Shown: positions 22,498 through 36,500 of the stretch, one piece after another
Layout: each line of letters opens with the position of its first letter
Numbering within the stretch: position 1 is the stretch's first letter
Assembly: GCA_964187785.1 (NCBI GenBank)
Contig: OZ076409.1
Coordinates: 9,240,001 to 9,304,000, forward strand
DNA: 64,000 nucleotides
DNA from: Amphiscolops sp. MND2022
Lineage: Eukaryota
Direction of reading: 5' to 3'
Made by a program: the position numbers and the translations under genes
Notes under the pieces: generated by a model
Told to the model about the DNA's origin: nothing
The model's input: the letters and a program-made list of their open reading frames with translations, nothing else
Databases searched by the model: none

Positions 22498-25050
22498 TTA
22501 TATTGGTGTATCCGTAGTAGAGGTGATAGAATTGTTAATCAAAGTGTCATGTTGAGTAGTTGAAGTGTCATTCGAATGAAAGTTTTTATGAGAATAAATA
22601 GGAAGTGGAGGATGTTGGACAGGAGAGAAAGGAAGTGCAGTAGTTTTTTGATGGGAATTGTGGTGTCTTTTGGGAAACAAGTTAAATTTAGGAAATTGAA
22701 GTTTGTTAGGACGTTTAGTATAGAACGGTGGAGGGGAAGTAACGTCAGGAGGACGAATAATTAAATTTGTGGAAGTGTCAATGAAATTATCTAAGGATTT
22801 GGTTTTTAAAAGTGTACTTTTGGGTTTTTTGTTTTGAGTCTCATTGAGGTCATTGATCATTCGTGCTGTAAGAACATTAAAAAACCATCTGCTATAGAGC
22901 TAAATAGAGTAGTATTGTTTTTAAGATTATATTTAATAAAAATTGTTTTGTATAGTTTGATAATAAGTGTAATAGTTGCTTGTACAAAAAGAAATGTAGA
23001 GAAATATATTCCACATTGAGTGAGAATGTAACAAGGATATCCGAAAAGTGCAATAAAAGCGTCAGCAAACCATGTAGGTGTACAAAGAGGACTTCGGTTT
23101 AACAATCTATCATGAAGTCCAATACGTAATGTGTTATATGGATTATCGTGGGGTGAATTTGCATCATAATCAGGAGTATCAGATGAAATGAAAGAATAAC
23201 TAAGAGCTTTGCCAAGTGATTGGAGTGTAGAATCAGAATGTTTAGAAAATAGGATTTTGTTCCAAAATTGGTCAAGTTCAGCATTTGAATAAATACCAGC
23301 ATCTTGAGCTGTGAAGGTGTTGAGCCGTATAGTTGTTTTAATTTGCGAAGGTGTAAACATCAATGGAGGTTTGCGTTTAATAGGTTCAGGTCCAAGAATG
23401 TAAAAATTTTGATCATCAGAATCAGGGTCAAGTTCAATAATATTTCTTGGATTATTATCACACGTAATTGGAGTAGCATAGTCATAAGTTTGTCTAGTAA
23501 TTGGGTCAACGTACATAAGAGTATCTTTGAAATGGATAGGTATACGGTCAAAGCAACGATCAGCTTTGTATAAAGGAGAAAGAAAATGAGGACAGTCATA
23601 AAGCCAGGCAGTGGAGCCTTCGACGTATAGAAAGTTACTACGATTTCCTGTTAAAAGGAAACCAGCAAGTTGAGGGTTTTGTACTGACATTGCGAGTATT
23701 GTAAGGAGTTGATTTCTTTCTAATTCACAAATTGTATGAAGAGTATTAAGTTCTTGTACAGTCATAGAACGAAAAACATGATTAATAGTATAATCAATTT
23801 TGGTGTTTATATATGCATGGTAGTCAATAGTAGCGAAGTTGTTTGAAACATTTAATGCAGGGAATACGAATTTGTTGTTTGAATTGTCTAATACAATTTT
23901 GCCAGAAATATGTTCATCGATCATAGAATGAGGATTAGGTTGTCCTGTATGCATGTTAAATCCATCAGTGTATGTAACAAAAAGATCAGAATATTGTGTA
24001 GAATAAAGTGGATCTGGTTTGCCACAAAATGTTTGTGCTGTAGGGTATACTTCAAAGCGTGAAAGACTTGGGTTATTAGGATAGTGTGTATGAGGAGCGG
24101 AAACATATGGATGTTCCGTACCTTTATTACCTGAGGAGGTTTTCGGTTTTACGGAATGTGGAGAATGTACAAAAGAATCAGTTTCAATCCAATAGCGATC
24201 TTCAATTTTGGTCATACGTCCAAGGAAATCTTGTAATGTAAAGATTAAACAAAAGTCGTCATTGAACCAAACAAGATTAAAAGGAGTTTTAGTTGTCGGT
24301 TTACAGAAGCCATCTGCAAAATAGCAGGGTAATGTATGTCCATCAATGATCATAACATTTGCTGTATCATCATAAGTAAGTTCGACTTCGGAAATTTCTA
24401 AGCGCCAACTTACTTCAAATTGGTGATGAGCAGGACAATTGTGATAAGGGTTTTAAGTTGGGTCATATATCCAATTTTTGTCTGCAGGCATAAAAGTAAA
24501 AGTGCCTGTGTACATTTTGTTCAATTGATATACAGTGAAAGGAGTTTGGTAGCGTTCCAAACGTTGTTGAAAATAGTGGTCTTCTAAGAGTGTAAAAGTT
24601 TTATTGTTTTGTAGATTGTTTAATATTTTGTTGTTAGTACCATTAAGGTGTCTAATAATGTTTTTACATTATAAAGGATCAAGAGTTACTCGAAGTGGTA
24701 AAGTATTGTGGTTCCATACTGTTCTGTCAACACGGCTGTACTTAATCGATCCTTGAAAGCAATTTTTCCTTTCTTTTTTTAGCATAAGCAACACATTTAA
24801 AAGCTTTAATGCGTTTAGTTTTTGCTCTGACATAAACGCGGGCTTTAACACTTGCATGTTTGATATCAGAAGGAGCTTCAGTGCATTGTTTGACATTAAG
24901 TAGATTGAACTGTCTTAAATTTTGTTGTTTTGCCTAATCGTAATGAGAAACCATAAGGTTTGTAAAGTTTGGGCGTCTGAAGCAAGATAATTGTCTGTAT
25001 CAGAAGGTGTAATGGGTATTGAAATGGTTAAATTATAGAATTGTATTTGG
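22498..25050 (-). pseudogene. env: Envelope-like glycoprotein (herpes gB / chuvirus G-like class III fusogen), disrupted
   Basis: N-part MVSHYD*..QQNLRQFNLLNVKQC..RIKAFKC..NC. Core 22857-24353 has CELERNQLLTILAMSVQNPQLAGFLL...LYDC...CFDRIPIHFKDTLMYVDPITR...ITC. C-terminal TM YILTQCGIYFSTFLFVQATITLII and a cytoplasmic tail. N-glycosylation sequons present. Family call made from remembered motif pattern. Confidence 0.75.
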
Positions 25051-25086
25051 AGTATGAGTTTCGTTATATAGAGTGTTGTATAGAGT

Positions 25087-26330
25087 CTAGAAAGAAGAAG
25101 TATATTTAAGTCCAGAATATGGGTTACAAAAGATAATTTTGCCATAGGTAATAGTGGTTTGTGTTAAATCTTGTTCAAATTCAATATGTACTACTTCGAA
25201 TGGAGCAGGAGAGGTTTTGTGTTCTATTTTTGAAACGTGAAATATAGGATGAGGATTTAATCCTTGAAATTTAACTTTGACTTCAAAATTAGGTTCTAAA
25301 TTAGGAGACTGAAGTCGTTTAAGTTCTGTTTCCTTTCTTTTGTGAGATAGGAGATCGTTATTAGTAATAAAGCGTTCTGCAAGAATTGGAAATCGAGAGT
25401 CGTTTTGTGGATTGTAGATGGGTATTCCATCAACGCGAAGTGGATAGTCAACAAAATTGGGAGTTGGAGGTCTAGAATGATCAGCCGTATAATATTCAGG
25501 AAGTCTAATATGTGCAGGAACAGGAGTAGGTATTATAATTTCTGAGAAGAGGATTCCAGATAGAAATGCAGTTTGTGCATCAGCTGATAGTAGTGAAGCT
25601 GTGTCAAAACCAGAAGTAAAATAAGGAGAAGGTATAAGTTCTGAAGAGTGTGTTTCAGAGGACATTGGTTGTGCGTGTTGTCGTACAAGTCTTAATGCAG
25701 AATTGCTAGAAAGAACGGATAAATTAAGAGTTGAAGTGTCTGTGCTAAGTCTACGTGAAGGAAGGTCTCGAAGATTATATCTATTTTGTGGAATAAAGAG
25801 TGAACTTGTAGTTTCTTGTGACGGAGTTTATTCAGAGGTATTGTCCAAAAGGTTCGAGAGTGATGTAGGTTTTCTGAGGGGTTTTAGTGGAGGAAAAGTT
25901 TAGAATTAGTAGTACTAAGTTCTGATGGTAAATTGAGTGGGGGTAGGGAACTATATTCAGTATCAGGGATGTGTACAAGACTGAGTTGAGGTTGAAGTCT
26001 AACAGTTTTGATTCCTGTAGGGTGTTTGTAATTTACGTATTGTTCAACAGTTTCAGGGTTTGGTATATGTACTAAAGGAGTATTAATGGGAGATGGTTGA
26101 GTACGAGTGGTAATAGGAATTTCAGATATTGGAGTTCTATGAAGGATAGATGAGGAAGATGTTTCGGAAACGTAAGATCTTGGTCTTTTTGACGGAGTGG
26201 TAGGTGTTACATTACGAGAGTTTGTAGTGTTAGATACTAAAGATTCAGGAGTAGAAGAAATACTCGGTGCTGATAGAGATATATCAGAGGAAGAATCCAG
26301 GATTTTTTAATTGGGGTTCAACAGGTTATC
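25087..26330 (-). pseudogene. Unknown ORF between integrase and env (Ser/Thr/Pro-rich N-part plus ~190-aa globular part)
   Basis: Near-continuous frame LDSSSDISLSAPSISSTPES...RYNLRDLPSRR...MSSETH...KYTSSF with few lesions. Same A/C-rich coding-strand bias as pol. Confidence 0.55.
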
Positions 26331-26407
26331 GTTGTGATAACTTGTTAGTGATTTTCTTGTATTCAGCTGTTGTTACTCTTTTTTAAATGAGCCAGTGTGT
26401 CGAATGA

Positions 26408-28231
26408 TTAAGAGTATAGTTGTGAAGGTGGTATAAAGAATCTATAATCTAAATTGGGTTGATGTCGTAGTTTATAAGTAGTTTTGGTAGTTCTGTCAAT
26501 TAGAGGAGGAAGTGAATTTGTTTGGTTTTGAGAAGAGTGTCGTGATCTGTCAGTTGGGATATTAGTGTGAGGGGTGTTAATTACGTTCTTGTACCCTGTG
26601 TTGTCATTGTCATTGGTGGGAGGAGTTAAAGAATTGTGATTGGATGGGATAAATGGTGTACTATTTTGAGAAGAATTCTGATTGGATGTATTAAATGGTG
26701 TTACTGTAGGCCATTTGTCCAATGAGAGTAAGCTGTTCTAGGGGAATGACGAATTCCTATAAGTGTACAAAGGTGTGCCATTTCTTTGTTAACATATTCT
26801 GATCCACGATCAGTGACAAGGTATCTAGGTGGTCCAAATTTAATGATCCAGTGGTGTAAAAGAGTTTTGATTGCAGTTTTGGCGTTATTCGATTTAATAG
26901 GTACTGTAACAACAAAGTGACTGAAAGCGTCGATGATGACATGTATATAAGATTTATTGTGTAAAGGAGGATTGATAGGTCCTTTAGTGTCCATTGAAAT
27001 GCGATAATTAAAGGAAGTAGCATGTTCTGAAAATGCTTGTGTAGGAGCAATTTGATTTTTTTGATTGAAGTGTTTATTGCGTTGACATTCAATACAGTCA
27101 TGGATGAAAATAGAAAGCCATTTTTGTAGTAAAATTGAGAGAATGTATTATATGTAATTTTGATACCAGTATGAGAGTGTTCATGAAGTTTGTTAAATAC
27201 TGTCTTGAATAGTCAAAAAGGGCGGCATATTCTAATTGTTGCTTGTACAAAATCTGGAGTAGGGGATCTGTTTAAACCAATAGGACTTGTAATATAGAGG
27301 CTAATAAGGTTTGTAGAATCATCTATGAAAAGTTGTGCGAATCTTTTGTAGTATGCATGTAAGAAAGGAGTGCCAGTAATGCGTGGTGTTACAGAATGAG
27401 GTTTATTGTTATGAATAATCCAAGAATAAACAGGTCTGAAAACCGGGTCTTGGGATTGTTGTTGTTGAAGTGTTGTTATGTCTAATGAGTCATCTGGAAG
27501 AAAGAAACCTTGAAAATAGTTTTAGTATTTGAAAAATGATGGATCCTAGAAAGGTATAATTTGTGAACAATGGGTAAGAGATGGTGAGTCTGTTTGTACA
27601 TTTATTGCAGAGACACATGTTTGTGAAGTGTTAGATGGCGTCTTGTTTATGGTAGAGTAGGTTTTTGGTTGTAATGTTGTGTCAGATAAAAAGGAGGAGT
27701 CAGATTTTGGAATTATTGTGTATATATGATCTTCATCATCACTTGTGATATCAGTATCATTGAGTCAGAGAGATTGTTGATAAAGAGTTCTATTGTTCTT
27801 TTTTATAGGTGTTTTGAATTTTGTTTGAAAAGAAGTTACAGATTTAAATGAGAAAGATTGTAAAGGTTTGACAACAATGTCATTTCTTTTGTCGTTAATA
27901 CGAATGGAAAATTGGTCGGTACCATAATCAGCAAGAATTGGGTGAGAGTCGTGTTTTTGATGAGGTAGTATTTCTTCATGTTTAATTAAGTAATGTACAG
28001 GTTTGAGCGTGTCGTTTTGTAATATTGCAAAATTGATTTGAGGTGGTACTTGTTTGTGTTTTATTTGATTCAGTTGTAATTCAGCTTTTGTAAAGGAGCA
28101 ACTTAGCATGTCAGCAGCAGAAAAGTTTTTTCCAGGAGTATGTATAATTTTGAGTTTTGAGAATTTTGTTAATTGCATTTGAGCTCTGTAGAAATGAGGA
28201 CTGAGGTTACCTTTCTTTGTAAAACGAAGTA
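26408..28231 (-). pseudogene. pol: Second, more diverged RNaseH(C-part)-integrase copy with internal deletion
   Basis: Repeats 28435-29969 (FTKKGNL...ADMLS, MDTKGP, VTDRGSEY, WTNGL), then jumps to the C-terminal YKLR-containing tail. Confidence 0.85.
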
Positions 28232-31200
28232 TCACGAGTAAGATTTAAATCAAAGGTAAGAGTATTCTAGGTCTTGTGTGAAAAACAATTTCATGTGGTG
28301 AAACATTGAGTTCTGAAAGGGGTTGAGAATTGTGTGCATAAGCATACATATGGACTTGGAAGGCCCAATCTTTAGGTGTATCATGGAGAAACATTCTAAG
28401 ATGTGTACCGAGATTTCTGTTTTGTACTTCTACAAGGCCATTTGTCCAAGGGGAGTAAGCATTTCGAGGAGATTGACGGATTCCCATAAGTGTACAGAGG
28501 TGAGCCTTTTCTTTGTTAACGTATTCTGATCCACGATCAGTAACAGGGTATATGGGTGGTCCAAATTTAATAATCCAATGATGTAAAAGTGTTTTGATTG
28601 CAGTTTTGGCGTTATTTAATTTTATGGCCACTGTAACAACAAAATAACTAAAAGCGTCTATGATGACGTGTATATAAGATTTATTGTGTGAAGGAGGATT
28701 GATAGGTCCTTTGGTGTCCATAGAGATGCGATAATTAAAAGGAGCATGTTCTGAGAATGATTGTATAGGAGCAGTTTGAATATTTTGGTTAAAGTGTTTG
28801 TTGCGTTGACTTTTTATGCAGTCATGTATGAAAATGGAGAGCCATTTTTCAAGGAATGGAATATAGTAGTATTGAGAAAACGTATTATACGTAATTTTAA
28901 TACCAGTATGAGAATGTTCGTGAAGTTTGTTGAATACAGTTTTGAAGAGTCGGAAAGGAAGGCAAATACGAATGGTGGGATGTATCAGATTTGAAATAGA
29001 AGATTTGTTTGTAATATTAGGATTTGTAATATAGAGACAAATAAGTTTTGTAGAGTCATCAAAAAAAAGTTGTGAGGATCGTTTATAATATGCGTGTAAG
29101 AAGGGAGTACCAATGATAATTGGTGTTGAAAAGAGTCGGGTTTGTCGTTATGAATGATCCAAGAATAAACAGTTCTAAGAACTGGGTCTTGGGACTGTTG
29201 TTGTTGAAGTGTTTTTATGTCTAATGAATAGTCGTCAGGTAGAAAAATCCTTGAAAGTAATTTTTGTATTTGAAAAAGGAGGTGTCATAGAAAGGGGCAA
29301 TTTGTGGACAGTGTGTAAGAGATGGAGAGTTGGTTTGTACATTTATCGCAGAAGCAGTTTCTTGTGGAGTAGTAGATGGTAATTGCTGAAGTGTAGAATA
29401 ATTTTCTTGTAGAGTTGTATCGGTGGAAAAGGAAGAGTCATATTTTGGAATTCTAGTGTATATATGATCTTCATCATCACTTGTTATATCTGTGTCATTG
29501 AGTAAAAGAGATTGTTGATGAAGGCTTTTGTTGTTCTTTCTAATAGGTGTTTTGAATTTTGTTTGAAAAGGAGTTATAGATATAAATGAAAAGGATTGTA
29601 AGGGTTTGACAACAATGTCGTTCCCTTTATCGTTAATACGAATAGAAAATTGGTCTGTACCATAATCAGCAAGAATTGGGCGAGAGTCGTGCTTTTGATG
29701 AGGTAATGTTTCTTCGTCTTTAATTAGGTATTGTACGGGTTTGAGGGTGTTATTTTGAAGTATTGCGAAATCAATTTGTGGTGGAAGTTGTTTGTGTTTT
29801 AATTGATTTATCTGTTATTCAGTTTTTGTAAATGAACGACTGAGCATGTCAGCAACAGAAAGATTTTTTCCAGGTGTGTGAATAATCTTTACTTTTGAAA
29901 ATTTTGTTAGTTGCATTTGAGCGCGATAGAAGCGGGGGCAAAGGTTACCTTTCTTTGTAAAACAAAGTAAAAGTGAATTGTGATCAGTGAAAATATGTAT
30001 CGGATGAGGAGAACCAATAATAAGAAATTCATAGATTTGAAGAGCATGTACTATACCAAGGAGTTTTCGATCAAGTGTTGAAAATTTTGGTTCTTGTGGG
30101 TTTAATATACGCGAATTGTACGATATAACTTTCATTTTGTTTTGTTCATTTAATTGGAAAAGAACAGCGCCTAGTCCATTAAACGAAGCATCAACAGTAA
30201 TAAAAAAAGGGTTTTTCGTATTGGGTATTGTAGGTTCTGTTTCAGAAGTAAGAGACGTTTTTAATTTTTGAAAGAGCTGTTCGTGTTCATCTGTCCATTT
30301 CCGTGGAGTGTTCTCATGTAAAAGATCGTAGAATGGTTTGAGATTAATATGTAGTTTTTCAATATATTTTGTGTAAAAGTTGAGTGCGCCGATGAAACTC
30401 ATTAGGGCAACTTTGCCTGTAGGAGAAGGAATTTTGTGAATAGCTTCAATCTTTGAGTGTATTGGTTTAATTGTATTGTAACCAATTTCATGTCCAAGAA
30501 ACATTACTTTGAGAAGCATAAAAAAGGATTTTTCAGGGGCTAGTTTAAGATTGTTTTTTGTACTTATAATGTGTAATTGTTCTATAAGTTGAAACATGTG
30601 TTCTTTAGAGTCAGATAAAAGTAGAATATCATCTATGTAAACGAGAGCAAAACCTTGTTCTATAAGAGTTTTAAAGAAAGAAGACATTTGTTTTGTAAAG
30701 AAATTTGGAAGTCCTTTGAGACCATAAAAGCCTCGGATGAAAGCGAAGAGTTTGTCACCAGATAAAAAACGGTAAGTTAAATAGTGTCTTCGTCAAGAGG
30801 TGCATGTGCATAGGCGTACATAAGGTCAATTGCAGATTTGTACTTTTTATTAGCTCGTGCTAATTGTGGAGCTAGAGGTTCAGTAGGCCAAGATTCATCA
30901 GATTCCTCTGTATTTGAATTAAGATGCCGAGCATCCAATACACACTTTATTGTGTCTTCCTTGGGAACTATAATAAAAGGGTATAAATATGTTGTGCCAT
31001 AAACTGGTTTGTCTTGTGGAGAGGAGCCAATTTGTTTAATAATATTGTGTTTTTCTAGTTTTTTGAGAAGATTATTGAGCTTCTCTCTGTAATGAATTGG
31101 AACTTTAGAAGGACGTTGTGTAAGAAGTTGTGCGTTAGGTTTGAGTCTAATACGAAAAGGGGTTGATATTTTACCAACGTCATTTTCTTGGGTTGCATAG

Positions 31201-33584
31201 TATGTTTTATATTTAAGTAACATGTTACAAAGGGTAATATATTCTGTGTCTGTAAGGTCAGAAAAGTGGAAGTTGAATTTAATAATGAATTTTAAATTAT
31301 CAGAAGTGTACGGTAAGGAAGGATAAATACGTTTTTCAGTAGTATTGGAAGTAGGTTGGACGTTATACAGAGGTGAAGTCTTATGTGGAATGTCAGAATG
31401 TGTCATCTAAATTTGGTGTAGTGAAAATTGAGGAGGAGGAGTTGTGGAATCATCATAATGTACAACATAGTTGGTGGGTGGAACTGGTTCTGTTATGTCA
31501 GGATGATAAGTATGAGTAACATTGTGGATTAAAGTGTTGATATCATTTACCTGATAAAATTTGGGTTTTTCATTCGTAATCGGTACTTCGATGTATCCAA
31601 TATTTCCTGTGGGGAGTGTTGCAATATGTTTAGAGGTGTTCTGAATAATAGTTTTACAAATGTCGGGTTTTTTATCTGTAAATATTTCAATAAAATTGAA
31701 ATTGGTTCGAGATTTGGTGGCAAAATAGGTATGTGGTACTGTAGGAAAGAAATGGTTTTGTGGGGTAGTTGTAAAATGAAGGTTGTAATAATTTTTAATT
31801 AGGAAATGTGCAATTTTAGAGGTTTTAGGTTTTAAGCGTAATTGAGTTTTGGAATTGATCCGGTAGATGTACGAAAAGTATGGGTAGTCTTTTGAGAGGA
31901 GTGTTGTGAATTTTGTGTAATTAGGATGTATTTTTGAATGGTATTTAAATTCTAATGTATATTCTTGTATGTTGATATTTTGTATATTGTCTTCAAAGAA
32001 GGGTGTACCAAGGATATTGTATTTGATGTCAGCTACTGCAAAAGGTACTGAGAAGGAACGGGAATTGTCATCAATTGTTGTATTTAAAATGATATTTGCA
32101 TAATGTATTATAGGAACTTCAGTTTGATTTGCAACAGTTAGTGTTTTTGAAGTGTTCTGTGTTTTAAGATCAGAGGGATGATTTGGTCTGATGTCTAAGA
32201 GTTTTGTAAGAGTAATATAAGTTGGATAGTTTAAAACAGACATTGAAGCACCACTGTCTAAAAGAAAGGCGATTTCGAGTCTGGAAGGGTTATCTCTTTG
32301 TACTATACTTGATGGTGTATGAACATATAACGTATAAAACCAACTGATAGGTGTGACAGCATTTGCCATTGCGGTTAGATGATACATGTGTACTTCAAAA
32401 TTTATTGGTTCAGAGGGGTCTTGTGATTGTACCATGTTGAGTTTGTTTCTAGAGTTGGAATGTGAGCGTGATCTAGAAAATCTAGAATCTCTTGGTCTGG
32501 AAGGTGGTCTGTAAGAATTTGTGTATTTTGAAATGTTGTGTTCTCTTGAATAAGAGCGTGATCTATATCTCGGGCGAGAGTTATTTCTAAAAGGAGATCT
32601 ATATGAAGATCTATATGGGGAGCCGTAAGATCGTGAATCGCGTTTGAAGGTATCATATCGTGATCTAGAGTACTGTGGAGGAGTAGTATTTTTATCATAA
32701 CTAAACCTATCTCTAGATGTAGAACGGTATCGGTTTTGTGAAGGGTCTTTATTATAGGAATTGTTGCGTGAAGTACTTCGACTTCTGTATCGAGTATCAT
32801 AACGTTTTGTTCTGTCATTAGAAGGGGAGCGAAAGTACTGTACAAATGATTTTTGTGGAGATTTTGAGCGAGCATAAGCATCTCGTTTGTCTTCACCATC
32901 TCGTAGTTTTTTGAAGCAAGCAGATATAGAGTGATTTATTCTGTGACAGTAAGAACAATATTTTTTATATGCGGTTTTAGTTTTGTTATTTGGGTCTTTA
33001 GATTGAGTAAACATAAGTTGTTCTTGAGATTGAGGTTCAAGAGTTTGAGTGTTTAACTGTTTTGTAATACTCTTAATTTCAAGTGCAAGATTTTGGGTTC
33101 TAATTTTATCATTTGCGATATCTCCAGCGTCAACAAGTTTTACTAGTGTATGAAACGGAATATAAGGTTCTAAAACAGTAGAAGTGTGTTTAAATTGTCT
33201 AATATTTGCAAAGTCTTTAAGGTTTTTGGGAAGTCCTTCTGTAAAAATTTCATTACATTTGAGGTTTTTAGTAGATGCATTTTCATTACACCAGCCTTTT
33301 TCAACTAGCTGTTGAACTTTGAGTGCAAAGTGTCGTACTGTTTCATTGTCCTTTTTAGATAAATTAAAGGCTTTAACTTGAGCATAATAAGCGTTCTTTT
33401 GAGAAGAGAATTGTTTTTTGAAAGCTTGTACAAAAGCGTGCCAATCTTGATTATAGGTATCATTAAGGCGTATGTACCAACTGAGAGCTGTACCTGTTAA
33501 GGAACATTGTATAAGAGCCATTCGACGAGCGTGCCAAAATTTATATTCATGTTCTGAAGTAGGTTGTAATTTTAGTGAGAATGT
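28232..33584 (-). pseudogene. pol: Duplicated gag(C-part)-PR-RT-RNaseH-integrase with stops and frameshifts
   Basis: LLDSGAS (PR), VYIDDILL (RT), ITVDAS and IFTDH (RNase H), MDTKGP, VTDRGSEY and NGLVEVQN (integrase D,D,E). Confidence 0.92.
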
Positions 33585-36500
33585 TATAAGAGTTTTAAAG
33601 AAAGAAGTCATTTGTCTTGTAAAGAAATTTGGAAGTCCTGTGAGACCATAAAAGCCTCGGATGAAACCGAAGAGTTTGCCACCAGATGAAAAACTGGTAA
33701 GTTTAATAGTGTCTTCGTCAAGAAGTGCACGTGCATAGGCGTACATAAGGTCAATTGTATATTTGTACTTTTTATTAGCTCGTGCTAATTGTGGAGCGAG
33801 AGGTTCAATAGGCCAAGATTCATCAGATTGCTCTGTATTCGAATTGAGATGTCGAGCATCCAATACACACTTTATTGTGTCTTCCTTGGGAATTATAATA
33901 AAAGGGTTTAAATATGTTGTGCCATAAACTGGTTTGTCTTGTGGAGAGGAGCCTATTTGTTCAATAGTATTGTGTTCATCTAGTTCTTTGAGAAGATTAT
34001 TGAGCTTGTCTCTGTAATGAATTGGAACTTTATAAGGACGTTGTGTAAGAAGTTGTGCGTTAGGTTTGAGTCTAATACGAAAAAGGGATGATATTTTACC
34101 GACGTCATTTTTATGAGTTGCATAATATGTTTTATATTTAAGTACCATGTTACAAAAGGTAATATATTCTGTGTCTGTAAGGTCAGAAAATAGGAAGTTG
34201 AGTTTAATAATGAATTTTAAATTATCAGAAGTTTACGGTAAGGAAGGAAAAATACGTTATTCAGTAGTAATGAAAGTAGGTTGGACGTTATACAGAGGTG
34301 AAGTCTTATGTGGAATGTCAGAATGTGTCATATAAATTTGGTGTAGTGAAAATTGAGGAGGAGGAGTTGTGGAATCATCATAATGTACAACATAGTTGGT
34401 GGGTGGAACTGGTTCTGTTATGTCAGGATGATAAGTATGAATAACATTGTGGATTAAAGAGTTGATATCATTTACCTGATAAAATTTGGGTTTTTCATTC
34501 GTAATCGGTACTTCGATGTATTCAATATTTCCTGGGGGGAGTGTTGCAATATGTTTAGAGGTATTCTGAATAATAGTTTTACAAATGTCGGGTTTTTTAT
34601 CTGTAAATATTTCAATAAAATTGAAATTGGTTCGAGATTTGGTGGCAAAATAGGTATGTGGTACTGTAGGAAAGAAATGGTTTTGTGGGGTAGTTGTAAA
34701 ATGATAGTTGTAATAATTTTTAATTGGAAAATGTGCAATTTTAGAGGATTTAGGTTTTAAGCGTAATTGAGTTTTGGAATTGATCCGGTAGATGTACGAA
34801 AAGTATGGGTAGTCTTTTGAGAGGAGTGTTTTGAATTTTGTGTAATTAGGATGTATTTTTGAATGGTATTTAAATTCTAATGTAAAGTCTTGTATGTTGA
34901 TATTTTGTATATTGACTTCAAAGAAGGGTGTACCAAGGATATTGTATTTGATGTCAGCTACTGCAAAAGATACTGAGAAGGAACGGGAATTGTCATCAAT
35001 TGTTGTATTTAAAATGATATTTGCATAATGTATAATAGGAACTTCAGTTTGATTTGCAACAGTTAGTGTTTTTGAAGTGTTCTGTGTTTTAAGGTCCGAG
35101 GGATGATTTGGTCTGATGTCAAAGAGTTTTGTAAGAGTAATATTTGTTGGATAGTTTAAAACAGAGGTTGAAGCACCACTGTCTAAAAGGAAACCGATTT
35201 CGAGTCTGGAAGGGTTATCTCTTTGTACTATATTTGATGGTGTATGAACATATAACGTATAAAACCAACTGGTAGGAGTGACAGCATTTGCCATTGTGGT
35301 CGGATGATACATGTGTACTTCAAAATTTATTGGTTCAGTGGGGTCTTGTGATTGTACCATGTTGAGTTTGTTTCTAGAGTTGGAATGTGAGCGTGATCTA
35401 AAAAATCTAGAATCTCTTGGTCTGGAAGGTGGTCTGTAAGAATTTGTGTATTTTGAAAAGTTGTGTTCTCTTGAATAAGAGCGTGGTCTATATCTCGGGC
35501 GAGAGTTATTTCTGTAAGGAGATCTATATGAAGATCTATATGGGGAGCGGTAAGATCGTGAATCGCGTTTGTGAGTGTCTTTTCATGATCTAGAGTATTG
35601 TGGAGGAGTAGTATTTTTATCATAACTAAATCTATCTCTAGATGTAGAACGGTATCGGTTTTGTGAAGAGTCTTTATTATAAGAATTGTTGCGTGAAGTA
35701 CTTCGACTTCTGTATCGAGTATCATAACGTTTTGTTCTGTCATTAGAAGAGGAGCGAAAGTACTGTACAAATGGTTTTTGCGGAGATTTTGAGCGAGCAT
35801 AAGCATCTCGTTTGTCTTCATCATCTCGTTGTTTTTTGAAGCAAGCAGATATAGAGTGATTTGTTCTGTGACAGTAAGAACAATATTTTTTATGCGGGTT
35901 TAGTTTTGTTATCTGGGTCTTTAGATTGAGTAAACATAAGTTGTTCTTGAGATTGAGGTTCAAGAGTTTGAGTGTTTAATTGTTTTGTAATTTTGTTAAT
36001 TTCAAGTGCAAGATCTTGGGTTGTAATTTTATCATTTGCAATATCTTCAGCGTCAACAAGTTTTACTAGTGTATGAAACGGAATAGAAGGTTCTAAAACA
36101 GTAGAAGTGTGTTTTACTTGTCTTTTATTTGCAAAGTCTTTATGGTTTTTGGGAAGTCTTTTTGTAAAAGTTTCATTACATTTGAGGTTTATAGTAGATG
36201 CATTTTCATTACACCAGCATTTTTCAACTAGCTGTTGAACTTTGAGTGCAAAGTGTCGTACTGTTTCATTGTCCTTTTTAGATAAATTAAAGGCTTCAAC
36301 TTGAGCATAATAAGCGTTTTTTGAGAAGAGAATTGTTTTTTGAAAGCTTGTACAAAGGAGTGGCAATCTTGTTTATAGGTGTCATTAAGGCGTATGTACC
36401 AACTGAGAGCTGTACGTGTTAAGGAACATTGTATAAAAGCCATTCGACGAGCGTGCCAAATTTTATATTCATGTCCTGAAGTAGGTTGTAAACCTAGTGA

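Noticed and set aside
31500..31870. Functional dUTPase between protease and RT
   Set aside because: Only a vague beta-rich resemblance (IQNTSKHIATLPTGNIGYIE); the catalytic dUTPase motifs are not visible.
32402..32899. Overlapping 165-aa alternative-frame ORF (also 35327-35824)
   Set aside because: Most simply a shadow frame of the repetitive RS-coding region; its presence twice is explained by the duplication.
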